64,000 nt of DNA from Camelus ferus (lineage: Eukaryota), in assembly GCF_009834535.1 (NCBI RefSeq), contig NC_045698.1, positions 14,510,001 to 14,574,000 of the forward strand. The letters are read 5' to 3'. Below the pieces are notes generated by a model. It made no database searches and had not been told where the DNA came from. It was given only the letters and a program-made list of their open reading frames with translations. The position numbers were made by a program, and so were the translations under genes. This document shows, piece after piece, positions 12,679 to 25,232 of this stretch (the stretch's first letter is position 1; the number at the start of each line of letters is the position of its first letter).

Positions 12679-14019
12679 ACTTTAAGTGAGGAAATGGAAA
12701 ATTCAAGCTTACTAAGCCTAAACAAGTGTAATATCAGAAAGAGAAGTTGTAGGGTCTTCATTTTTATTATTATTTTTTTTGTTCTTTGTCCTTTGTTATT
12801 CTATTAAAATGAAAACTTATTTAAAATCTCCCCACACAACCACTGACACTTCTTCATCCAAGTCTGAATAAGCAGGACCATTGCCCAAGGGTCCCAAGCA
12901 AGAATGTAAAGCAGTAAAACGTATCTAAAATGCCTGTCTACCCTCAGGCTTTCTGCCTGTTTCCTCCAAGTCTGCCTATTCACACGCAGCCCAGGACTCC
13001 CTGGGAAACTGCAGGACTTTAAGCTTCTCTGCTTGTAATATCACCACACATTCTAGACCTCGCTCTACCTGTTTATCTCATGAAAACTCACCTGCTCTGT
13101 TGCATTACTTCCTCACAATCCTGTTATGTTTTTCTGATTTCTAGCTATCTTATTTACTTTGTTCTTTAATAAGGTACACAGTACTTATCTTGCCATTCCT
13201 CTGCTAGAGATGCTTTAATTATTTCTTTTTTCCTAGAAGAAGTACACATATCTTAACCTGAAACTTGAAGGCCTCCATATTTTACCAAGGTTTTACTATT
13301 TGAATTTAGGGGATTGATGATCAATTTAAAACCAAAGTCCAACTCTTCCCAACACACTTGCGTTTTTCCCTTGTATCTTTGTTGATTAAATTTCAATTTC
13401 GCGTTCGCTTCACAGACACTATCTACACTCCAGGACTCAGTGCGAACGTTGGCTCCTACCCAAGCTTCCCTGTATTTATCACTTTGCTTCCAGAACTTAT
13501 CTACATTTGCTATATTTTTTATCTATTTTTGTATTTCTCTGTGAATAAATAAAAGCTAATATATTGGGTTTTTTCCAGGTGTATTTGCATTTTTAGGGAC
13601 TTTGAATTGCCTAAAGATAAAACACCTTAATCTTAATGATAAACTCTTACATGGTCACCAAAGAGGAGTAGGTAGGGGTACAATCTGAGGTCTGTGTAAC
13701 TACCCAGCAGCTCTCAGATGCCCACCCAAATTTGTCTATACACATAACTTTCTCAAAGTGGCCTACAAAAATGCATATTCACTTTTGTAACATAGAAACT
13801 TTATATAGTGCTGGGAAAAAAAAAAAAACATTATATGGGAAAAAAAGTTAAAGACTAATGATTGGGAGTACTGTCAATATATGGATGGCTCTCTGCTGGT
13901 TTGATGCTCTCATCACTTATTCTACATTTTGGTTACGCATTTTAATTAACCTTGATAAAGACCTGGACTTCTGATAAATGTCTGTATGATTGTTCTATTC
14001 TAATTCCAAAGGCACTTAC

Positions 14020-14092
14020 CAATAGTTAATTGTATTAAATATACCAGGACTCTGCGGAGACAGAACCTCTTCGTTATTGCGACTTGTGCCAT
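14020..14092 (-). CDS. Candidate first coding exon, signal-peptide-like (MAQVAITKRFCLRRVLVYLIQLTI), gene unidentified
   Basis: aacATGG Kozak context; 73 nt (24 codons + 1) ending at TTG|GTAAGT; basic then hydrophobic residues. No homologue recognised and no downstream exon found. Confidence 0.25.
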
Positions 14093-16283
14093 GTTAATGT
14101 TGCCCCCCCCTTGCTGGTGGTGGTATTCCACAGTATCTTTGTGTTGGTTTTGCTCTTCCATAAAGATCTAAATGTGCTTGTTGGTAGTGAGTGTTGATGA
14201 AGAAAGATATATTTAATAATCATAAAATAAGATCAACAGCCAAGCAGACTTTAAATTTTTTTGTCCTCTTTGACCTACGGACATTTTTCTTAGATAGACC
14301 TTGGTTTTCTTGAAGTATAAGTTAAAAAATAAGGTCATTTCTGTGCTCTCATATAGAAAGTACTATATCATACGTTTCTGGGTTGACCCAAAAAAAGTGA
14401 CTGTGCATAAACGTAACACAGACAAATTGCACAGTCAGAAACCTGAAGTATGAAACCTAAAACTCTGTTTCCTTAACGGAATCTAATTTTCTTTCTAGAG
14501 TCCCGTTTCTGGTTGATAGAGGAAAACTTAATGCTGCTATTTTATGACATTCTAGTCACTCTCACTTCAAAATGGTTTCAGTCAGATAAATATTCAGTCA
14601 ACTTCAAGCATCTTTAGCCCACCTGCTATGCACAGATTTCTCCCTGAGATTCCTCTGCTTCTCTGAAGTCATTTCTGGTCTAACATGCTTGCTAGGGAGC
14701 AAAGGGGCAGGGATGCCTAACCCTGCCTTTCAGAGGGTGTATCCTGTGTCTCTGTTGCAGACACCTCTCATCTCTGATCCTGTGATGCTGGCTCTTTTCC
14801 CGCCTCCCTTCAGCAGTCCCTGTGCAGGCAGGCGGCACTGGTGGCTGGTGCTCTGCACAGCCATGGAAGAGATCTCTGCCCCCTGACAAGCATCTTGGAG
14901 CTGTCTGGGGTGATGCATAGGAAGCCAGCTGTGGCTTACTCTCAACCTATGGAAACACTGATTCTTAGTCCAGACTGATAGGTTCTCTTTTTCCATTGCC
15001 CTCCTCTTTCCTTGGCTTCCTCTTTTGCCCTGGAAATGTCAAACACATTCTCCAGCTTCTATAGCTCAACATACTCGGCAAGTGGGCATTAATTCTTTAT
15101 GCTTAGAATCATATTCTGTTGTTAAAGCAAGATTTTCCCTGGAGCCTTCTCCAACTCCAAGAGGGGAGGAGGGAACTGTGCCTGGGATTATCAACTGCCT
15201 CCTGGAACACAGTTCCTGAAACTTCCTTCTTCTGCAGGCTCAAAATCCCTTTGATCTCTTGCCATTGTCTATTTCCTTTCAGATTCTGCATGGAATTAGT
15301 CTGTCTGACACTAGGGACAAGGCGACATTTGGGATGTGATGTCTTTGTTCTCAGCAATAAGTTGCCTCCAGCTACACACTCCCTTTTAGCTTGGGGCAAG
15401 TGAAAAGAAAAAAAAAAAAATAAGCAGAAACTCTGGGAGAAAGGAAACCTCCCCTCAGATCCTCAGATAGAAATTTCATCCCACTTTAACAAAATGGCCT
15501 TGATTATTATAGAAAAAAGTCCAATTCTGTCTCCTGTGGTGTTTCTGTGATTATTAAAATTGACTTTCCAAATTTCCTTCCTCTTGTAAACTGTTGTTCC
15601 TATCTTCCCTTCCCACTCACTGCTTTCTCTTTCCTTTTTCTCTCTTTTCCTTTTTTCTTTCCTTTCTATCTTTTTCTTTAGATGTGTTATTGAGAAAATC
15701 ATAGCTATGGTCTCCTACGAATCTAGAAGAAGTAAAGAAAAGAAAGAACATGGTTGCACTCTAAATCATTAATCATAGCTTAATAAAGACCCAAAGATGA
15801 TTTCCTTATAATTAAGCAACAACAGTTGACAATCCTCTTCCCATCTCCTCAACATGGTTAAAAACAAAATTCCTGTTTCCATAAATTTACCCAAAGTCTA
15901 TTCTTTTCATATACCTATTTTCAAGATTTACCTGATATATATTCCAGATTTATTTTACTTCGGCATAGAAATGTGGTGATTTATGAGGAAGTCTCTGTGG
16001 TTCTAGGCTTTAGCTGGGAAGAAGCATGAACAAAAGTTCCCACGACTGAACGCCACTTTATGCAGGAAGATGAAAGAGTAGACATCTAACATCACTGACA
16101 AAATGGCTTCCCTGATGCCAAGGCTGTTTGCTGCTGTTTGCTGATTGATTTTGACACATCTTGTTTTTCTTTTTGTTTACTCGCTCAATTGCTTTGCTAA
16201 AATAGCCCCCAACCAGTCCCTATACATTCTTTAATCCAGAAGCTGTTTTCCACAAAGAAAATCACAGATTGATAACCTCAGAA

Positions 16284-16700
16284 TGAGACAGGGAGGGGGC
16301 AGGGCACAGCCATTCAAGGAATGATACAGCAATTAACATCAAAATGGTAGAAGATTCAACCCCCGGTAGGCCTTGAGGCTCAAGATGGTGGGAGATTTGA
16401 CTTCTAGCAGATCCTGAGCTTCATTATATGCCCATTGTAATATATTAACATGGTGAGTAACATGCCCACAGGCACCATGGCTGTCCCAAGGCTAGGTGCA
16501 AAAGGTCAAAGAGTGGGAAATGGCCAACTTCCTGAGAATCCCAGCCCCTTCCCCAGGATACTTAGACTGGTCCTTCCACTTATTAGCATATGAAGCCACC
16601 AAGCCTGTAAAGACTGGGCCACTGCCCTCTCTCCATCCCTCTTTGGAGATGGCCCACACTCTGTCTATAGTCTGTGCCTACTTTTAATCTGAACACCCAA
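16284..16700 (+). mobile_element. ERV1-like LTR, 3'-truncated
   Basis: Starts with TG (tgagacagggagggggcagggc); contains ERV1-LTR-type motifs (ggcaccatggctgtccc...aaaaggtcaaagagtgggaaatggccaacttcctg); GC-richer than its flanks. Confidence 0.65.
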
Positions 16701-16710
16701 CCCCCCCCCC

Positions 16711-16795
16711 ATTGTGTTATCACCAGGATTAAATGGAATTGCCTATATACAGTGTTAAGCTGTGCCTGGCACAAAAACGCTCAACCAATTCCAAC
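16711..16795 (+). mobile_element. MIR 3' part
   Basis: caggattaaatggaattgcc...tgtgcctggcacaaaaacgctcaa. Confidence 0.55.
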
Positions 16796-18869
16796 TATTT
16801 TAAACAAGACTCCCTTGTAAAATTATTACAAGATTTTGTTTTTGCAAGTTATTAATTAGAGATGCTGAACAGAGAACAAGGCAAAAAAAAAAAATTCTTC
16901 AAAGAACACAATGAATTGACAAAAAGTAGCTTGACAGAGAAATTCTAACTGCTCTGTTTTGGTTTTCAGAGCAACACTTTGAAATTACAGTTTCATAAAC
17001 AAGTGTGTTATGCTAACAACCTAAAGTAAATAGAATAATCAAAATAATTTGCAAGACATTTCCTCGTGACTTTGATTCCTTTTGTAACACTGCATGTCAA
17101 AACATAAAAATAAACCCTTCTTTTAATTAATATAAAATCTAGATGGAATATGCTTTGGTGCAACAGGAGTATGTTACTAATGGAATAGGTCAAAAAGAAA
17201 AGCTGGTTGAAGTGATGTGATACGACACTGATGATCTTGGTCGTACAAGCTGTGTTCAAGCTCAGATGTGAATACGTACTTAAAGGTAATTCACTGTGGT
17301 GAATGAAAGGATCAGGCACTTGAAAACAAGCCAGTCATGAGGGGAAATTAACATATTTTCAGACTAGCTGCAATCACTGAGATGACATATCTTAAATTCT
17401 GTGTTTGTTCACTGGAATAGAGCTTAGCTGTAGAGCCTGTTATGAATATACTAATATTAGACAGGCCCCCGGTCTGTAGACATAAAGATTATGTGAAACG
17501 ATGCTATTTGTGAGCGCAATTTCAAGATTGATTTCTCCTTTCAGTCCTTAACTTGGGTCCCTCATTTATAATTCATGTGAATGGTACAGCATTTGCCTTT
17601 AAGAGACAATATAATACATTTTTAAAATCAAGTGATTCCATTCTGTTTCACAAGAATGAACTTGGCGTTGAACAGTACATGAGCTGCTTTTATCCCAAGT
17701 CGTGTTTTGCTTATTTATGTGCTTGAAATTCAGTACAGAACACAGATGGTAAGATAATTCTTCCAACTCAGTTTAAAGAAAAAAAAAAATCACACCTAAC
17801 TGACCACATTCTCACCCTTTGGCTTTTTGATATACATGATACCCAGAGAGAAATCCTTTTTTTTCCCCCCAAATCTAGTAGCTACCGTAGCAACAGACAA
17901 ACTTAGTTCTTTTGCATTTATGTATTTAAAATGTCTCCTATATTTTTTCCTCTAAGTCCTATAGTAAGTAACTGCTGTTCTAAACACTTTTTGTTGTAAT
18001 TATTTGCAAACACTGGAAACTATATAGGAAATATATAACACAGATATAAAATATTCATGTTTCTTTTCAGGATATCCACAATCCTGGAGCTCAATATCTT
18101 AACTCATTTGAACATTTATAATAGAAAGTTTTATGGAAAAGCTTATATGGCTAAACTTATGGAAAGTAGGTCAGTTAAATCTATCAGAGCAATATGCTAA
18201 TAAGGGGACAACACTAAGCCCAGTTCAGGCCCATGAGCTTTGCTGGGGCCATCGCTCCACCACTAACAAAGTCATGTTTAAAGTCAACTAGCTACTCCCC
18301 AAATAAATTATATTAATTTAAATGAAGAAATCAAACCCGTCACCCCTCAAGGTATAAGAGAATGGATCAGTTCAACTCTGAGTTGCATTTTTGAATTTTA
18401 CAAATTCAGGAGGCACATTAAAATCTTCTTTGAAGCCTGAGCAATTCATTCATACGGGAAAAAATTTGTGAAAGTCTTTTAAATGAACCAAAAATATTAC
18501 TGGAGGTTTCCAATAGAAAACTAGTCATTATGTAGCACAGTCTTCCAATGATCTGATGCTACTGGTGATGGTTGGGGGTGATAACTCCATGATGTTCATA
18601 GTCCAAACATACATAAAGTCTGTCTGGTGGATGATCAATCTGCCACCAAAAAAGGGCAGTTTAGCTGATACAAAGCCAAACAGACAAATAAAGACAACTT
18701 AGCATCTTTGAAAACATTTATTTCAGCTTTCTTTATCTGTGTATGTAAAAAGCCTTGAATACCCTTTGAACCAGTTATAACATTTTAAGTGAAATAAATC
18801 TTCAGCTTGTAATTATTTTATACTTATATGAGAATCAGCATCTCATTCTGAAAACTCTATCTTTTCACA

Positions 18870-20290
18870 ACTACTGAGCCCGAGCTTCCTCTATCTTTAA
18901 TTTGGGAATAATAACACCTACCTCTTCGTGTCCAGAGAACTGAATGCTTACAAGGCATCAACAGTTTCTAGTTCCCTGTTGGCTGTCACAAGATATTAAA
19001 AAAAAAAAAATGATAAGTAATATATTTCTTCTCTTTGATGAATGCTCTTATTCTATTTTCTTTCTCCATTAATTCAGTCTTTAAGAGTCTTCCCCTGGGT
19101 GGCCATCCTGGTCACCTCCTAGAATTGAATCCTTCCATTCCCTTGGTTTCTATTATAAGATTATATCACAATAACTTATTCAGGTATCTGTCTTCTCTAG
19201 GATACTACATCCCACTTTAGGACAGGCATAAGGCAATGTCTCATTTTTATTTTTATTTGTTTCATAGTTGATTCACAATCTGTCATGTCTTAGATGTTCA
19301 ATAAATGGATCATAAAACAGCAGCAAATAACAATCAGAGCAAAGCAAGTACATCTCCCCCTCTCCCTTTATCCATCACAACCAACACAAGCCCCTCTGCT
19401 TTCTTAGGAATCTTTACACTATCGCGTTTACCTTCCCTCTCTTTTACCTCTGCTCCATTAGATCACTTACTTCAACATTTAAAAATGTTTATCTTTTCCA
19501 TCCTAAAAAAAAAAATCACCTTTCTTAGGATTCAACTCCACTTCCTCATGGAACTATGCAGCTCCTTCCTCCTTTTTTAACAACCGATGTTCTCTACTCT
19601 TGTCCACATTTTCTATTCACTTGCATTTTACACCTTTGGCAATCCAGTTTCTGCTCCCAACAACACAGTTATTGCAAAGCCACCTATAAATTCTAGGTTG
19701 GTCCTCCTTTTAGTGGGGTTGCCAGCAGCATCCAGCCCTGCTGAAAATGGGAGACACCATTCTCTCTTGGCTCCTGAATGCTATTCTCGGGGATTTCCTC
19801 CTCTTTCACTAAGAAGCTCTTCTTAATCTTCGGTGCTTGCGCATTAGTCTCCACCCATCTTTGAAATGAAATGCTCAGGCACATTCCTAAGCCCTTGTCA
19901 CTAACCTCCAAATTATGTTCTTCTTACATGTTCTCACTCAGAGTCATAGCTTCAACTACCATGTGCCATCTCATCTAAGTCACAGGTTCTCAATGTTATC
20001 AACACATTCAAATCATTTGGGATGTCTTTATGGCATACTTATATAGGGTCCCTTTAAGGCCAAGTACATGTATATATTCTATAGGGCATCTATATTTGTA
20101 TAAAGGACTCCAAATGATACTAATATGCAAACAGATTTGAGAATTCCTAGTGTAGGTGATCATTAATTCTGAAGGCTTGAGTTATCATTTATATATTAAA
20201 GAATCCTACATGTCATTTCTAAATTAGATTATCCCAGTGATTTTACATTTATTCTTGTATATCACACTCAATTCTCCAAATCCAAACTAA
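18870..20290 (+). mobile_element. Cluster of MIR and L2 fragments
   Basis: MIR motif gggaataataacacctacctc; L2 3' end gatgttcaataaatgg; L2 body motifs between about 19400 and 20290. Confidence 0.5.
19982..20150. mobile_element. MER5A-like hAT MITE inserted in L2
   Basis: caggttctcaatgttatcaacacattcaaatcatttggg...atgatactaatatgcaaacagatttgagaattcc. Confidence 0.55.
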
Positions 20291-23200
20291 ACTTTAGCTG
20301 TGGTAGCAATGAGGGCTATATAATTAGAGAAAAAAAAATTCTGAATGAATCAAATCATTTTATGATGCAAACAAATAAGTTTCATAGAGTAAAAACACAT
20401 TTTCATTATTTGGGTTTTGAAGTTGAACATAAAAGTATGTTACTGTTAAAAACTGCTTCAACAAATTAGTTATTTCTCTCTGTATATGAGTATCTGGAAC
20501 AATGGATGAGCTAATGTAATTTGACCCATATTGACAACATTACATCAAGCGGGTTGTGAACTGGACACTCAGTTATATATATATGAATTATATCCGCAGA
20601 TGTGTAGCTATAGGTACCTTTTAACTTAGAATTCAGTGAGCTATGAATATGCATGATGTGCTCATATTTCTGGTAAAGATAGGTCATATTAGACAAATTT
20701 TTGAGCTAGCAAGAACTAACAATATCAGCGATTTCCTCTAACCTCAAAATTGCGTTTATCTGTACAAACATAACGGCTATACTAACCACTCCCCCCATAA
20801 GAAAGAAGCTAGTAGCTCGAAAACATTCCTGAGGGCTTCAGTGAGGATTTGCAAATGCACTGAGCCTTGACTAATGCATGTCAGGGAGACACTGAATGCA
20901 AAGGGTTCTGTGGCAGGTACAGACTGGACGAACAAAGGCACGCAAATTACAGATCACTATTGATCTATTTCTTTTGAAGTCATATTGAATTTTCGGCAGT
21001 TCCAATATCTGCATCTTTCAACTTATGAAAGTTTCTGTTTGATCAAACTACACATGTGGCCAAAATATATACAGAACATAAAATGGAACAAGTGGTCCTG
21101 AATAAAACAAATACTCTTAAATATTCTGAAAAATAACCTGTAGGAAAAGATGCTGATAGAGAATAAACCCTGAATTCAGACAAGTAGTCAAGGATATTTC
21201 ATAAAGCTAACACATACATATCTCAGACAGCATCTGCCTTTGAAGCCAGAGTGGATTCTGATGTATTTCAGTGCAGTAATACCTGCCAAGAGCAATATTA
21301 TTTCCTATAAATAGAAAACTTGCTACTAAAATCAAGGTACAAATAATAATGACTAAAAAAAGCTTTATCTTAGCAACTCTCAAATAAGAATTTAGAACAA
21401 CATATAAATAGATCTTTTATCATAAAGTAAATATGTATTTTTGTTGTACTATATCAGAATTTATTACCTCTATAAAAATAAAATTATGACGTTTTAAATG
21501 GTTGCTTACATTAACTATCAGGTTTTTCCAATGGAGCTCTGTTGCTGAAGTAACCTATCCTGGGAAGGACAATTAAATAACTAAAAGAAAAAATTTCGAG
21601 GATTGTTGCTATATTTTAGAAGTAGAATTGGGTAATCAACTTATCAGTGAAATATTATTTTTTTACAGGTTTCTCCACAGTTTGTTTCACAAGAAAGTAC
21701 TATTAATACTGGCATATCATAAAGCTTATGTTCTAAAAAGTGCATGTCAGGAAATTCTGTGCCGATGTTACAAACTGTTTGGGCTACAGGCTAAGATTGA
21801 GTGGAGATATGGAAAAGATAAAGGACAAAAAGTGTTTTTCTTTAACATTGGTCAACTCTGTGAGATTCGGTCACAGCCAGAATGAAGATCTGGATTTCCA
21901 GAATTTGAATAATCCTCCGGTTTACCTTCTTATGTGGATTAAAATAGGATCTACGCTGAGTTCCTTGTATTATTTTCTTTTTACCTCCTCTTCCCTCTCT
22001 CCCTCCCTTCCTCTTTCATTCTCTCTCACTCTTTTTTTCCCAAGATTTCATTCAAGATTGTATAGAAAAAACAAAAAGAGATTTCACTTCTTGTCAAGGT
22101 TCTGACAATGATATGGTCGCCGAGTGACCTTTGTCAAGCCTTTCACCTCTTTGGGCCTATAAAGGTGCAAAATTGATTTTTTTGTTGTTTTGTTTTTTGA
22201 GAGGCCTAACATAGAGTCAACAATCCACAACACCTTTGGTTTTCTCTTTCTCCGTGCAGACTGGTGATTATGAAAAGCCCCGACTCTGACTCTGACATTT
22301 CATCAGAGGTGCTGAGTAGATAGACAAGCAGGACTGGCCACACATGGCTCCAGAAGCACTTTCTCTGACAATGTGATAGATGAGTTTGGGAGCTCTCCCT
22401 CCCTCCTGCTGGAGGAGCTGGGGCTGAGTCCAACTGCCCCTCATCTGAAGGTCCTACATATCAGATTTTCTCAGTAACACGTTTAAAGATTTGATATCCT
22501 GGTACAGGCTCTTTGGTGCCCAAAGACATATTGTTTTTGTCTTGCTTCTCTCAAGAACACTCAAACTTGCCCTACAAAAATAAAAACGGGACAGGTCTCT
22601 CTGCAGGAAGAGAAGCTTGCAGAGTGTCCAGCCCTAGAAAGTTTGCAGTCATGCTGCAGATCAAACACTTACCTACACCAGCGTCTTAAGAGCAGGAGTC
22701 ACAGGTCATCTGCAAGCCCTTCGGCTTGCTCACAAGTTCTAGTTTGCCATGGATAAAGTTTGCTTTTGTTCAGATAAGCCCTTTAAGTGGCATCCTTATT
22801 ATCTGAGTTTATTTCTAAATTGGATTATTTGATTTTAATCCAATAAATTTGACCTCAGTTATTCCCAGAAACTATATTATTTTTAAGTTAGAATATTTGA
22901 CTTGGACTCTTATTTAAAGGTTATCTATTTCTCCACATTTGGTCCTAATAACACTGGAAATGGCAAGAATTTTGATATATATTTTTTTTACTCTCCAAAT
23001 TAACACAATCTCTTTCCATCTTCCTCTGCCTTTCACTGCTCCCACTATATCATCTACTTTGTCTTTTCACTGTCTCTAAATGGGTTTATTGATTTTTTGC
23101 TCTTTTTAGACTCAGTCTTTAGTGATAAGAATAGATATTTAAAATAACTCTTGTAGTGAAAGGTCATTCCTGGCAAAAACTTAAGTCTTTGCTTCCCTTT

Positions 23201-23799
23201 GACCATGGGGCCAATTAGCTAAGAAAAATAAGCCACCACCCAAATCGGCTCTACCACTACATAAAGGGTACAGAATTTAGCTCAAGACACACAGTCATAA
23301 GAATACTGTTGTATGGGTACCCGTATAAGTGTATGGGACCAAAATACTATGTCTTTTCCATTTTTAAAGGTAACCTTTGTCTTGTTGATATTATAAACAA
23401 TTTCATTATCCAATTCAAATGAAGCAAGTGAGATTTTTAAAAAAAAATGCATTTTAACAATTTAACCAGCATCAACTGCACTGGTAGGATTGCATTGGTC
23501 TTAAAAACTGGCATCTGCTAGACTGTTGTGCAGCAATTTATACACCTGGACCACAGAAAGGTCCATCTCTACCTGGATTATCTTTTCTAGCTAAGCACGA
23601 TCATTTCCAGAGGAATCACTTTATAAGGAAATCTAGAATGTAAAACTCATGGACATAAATAGTATAAAAAAGTTAAAAATCGGAGTTTGAATAGAGATTG
23701 ATTACTCCCTACTGGTGGTAGGAGTTGAGTGTGCCTTTAAGGAGAGAGAATTAGGATTGTTCTTGATGAAAGGCGGTTTGGTCAAGTGAGTATGAGCTG

Positions 23800-24245
23800 A
23801 AGGTTGAGGAGGAAGTTGGTTATTCCTGTCACAGGGAACAATTCAATTGATAGAATTCTAATTATTGATGAGCAACAATGTCAAATGCATTTAAAAGATT
23901 AAAGTTTGGAGTCAGATTTTGGAATATCTTGGATACCAGTATAGGAAATGAGTGGGAGAAAGGAAGGGGAGTCTTTTATCCATCTTTGGAATGGATAGTG
24001 ACATAATCTCTACTGCGTTTTGAAAGTACTAATCTGATTTCAGTGCCCGAGAGGCACAAGATAGAGGAGTGATGAGTAGCAGAGACAGGATTCAGAGGCT
24101 GTTTTAATAACTCAGGCAAGAAGGATTGACGATTAATGCCAGTCAGTGAGAATAGGAAGGAGACATGGGATCCAGAGAGGGGACACACATAGATTCAAAA
24201 GAAATGGACAAGAAGGTGTTTAACAGGGTGAAGGAAGTCTGGATT
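23800..24245 (-). mobile_element. LINE-2 fragment
   Basis: Purine-rich reverse L2 motifs such as gatagtgacataatctctactgcgttttgaaag and agcagagacaggattcagaggct. Confidence 0.55.
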
Positions 24246-24339
24246 ATAAATCTTGATCTAATAATTATATTAAACTTATCAATAAAAGAAACCCTACTAA
24301 TTCTCCCTGATACACACATGCACAGCCATCATCACACCT

Positions 24340-25232
24340 GTCCACACACAGACAAACAGTGCCCCCTACATCTCAATAAAAGGTAACTCCATTCTGCCAT
24401 CTTTTCAGACCTAAAGCCTGATAGATATTCGAGGCTCCTCTCTTTTTCTCTCACCAGCATTAAACCTGGCAGTATATACTGTCATCTCTAACCTAAAAAC
24501 ACATCGAGGATTTGTTTTTTTCACTGACATACGAACTGCCATTTGGTCAACACCATCACTCCTTCTCACCTGGCCAATGGGTGACAGCTTCCCAACTGGT
24601 CTTCTTGATTCCTCTCTGCTCCCCTTTTGGTTTCATGATCTTACAATAGGCAGAGTGAACCTCACTCAGACCCTCCATGGCTTCCTGTCACATCACAGAG
24701 AGGGTCACAGTACAAATGCCATAAAGCCCTTACATGACACTCCCTGCTTAATACCTCCAGCTTTATTCCCCACTACCCTTTCCTTATTTCTCTCTAGCTA
24801 CATTATACCCCTGCCTTCTATTGTTCTTCAGATATGACAAGTACCCTACTGCCTCAGGACACTTGCATTTGCTGTTTTATTTGCCAGGTATAATTTGCCC
24901 CCAGATATTCACATAGGTATCACCCTTATTTCAGACTTTTTCTTTAAGGCCATTTTCCCAGTGAGGACTTTTCCGATCTTCATATTAAAAATTGAAAACT
25001 TCCACTGCCTCATTGCTCCCTAAGCCTCATGGCCACTGTACATTTCTTTATTTCTCTCATCATTATCTAATATTGGCATGCTTCAATTTATTTCTTTAAT
25101 TATTTTTCTGAGTTTTGACGCTAACATGGACAGGAATTCTATCTGTGTTGTTCATTGCTATATTCCCAGCCCCTGAAACAGCCTCTGAAACATAGTAGAA
25201 TATCAGCAAATATTTGTTCAGCAAACAAATGA
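24340..25232 (+). mobile_element. LINE-2 3' region
   Basis: cctcaggacacttgcatttgctg...ttcattgctatattcccagcccctgaaacag...aaatatttgttcagcaaacaaatga. Confidence 0.75.

Noticed and set aside
14100..14122. CTCF-like motif (ccaccagcaagggggggg)
   Set aside because: Mismatches at core positions of the CTCF consensus.
226..18522. Exact 17-mer gtttccaatagaaaact at about 226 and 18506
   Set aside because: One such match is plausible by chance in 64 kb of AT-rich DNA, and the flanks do not align.
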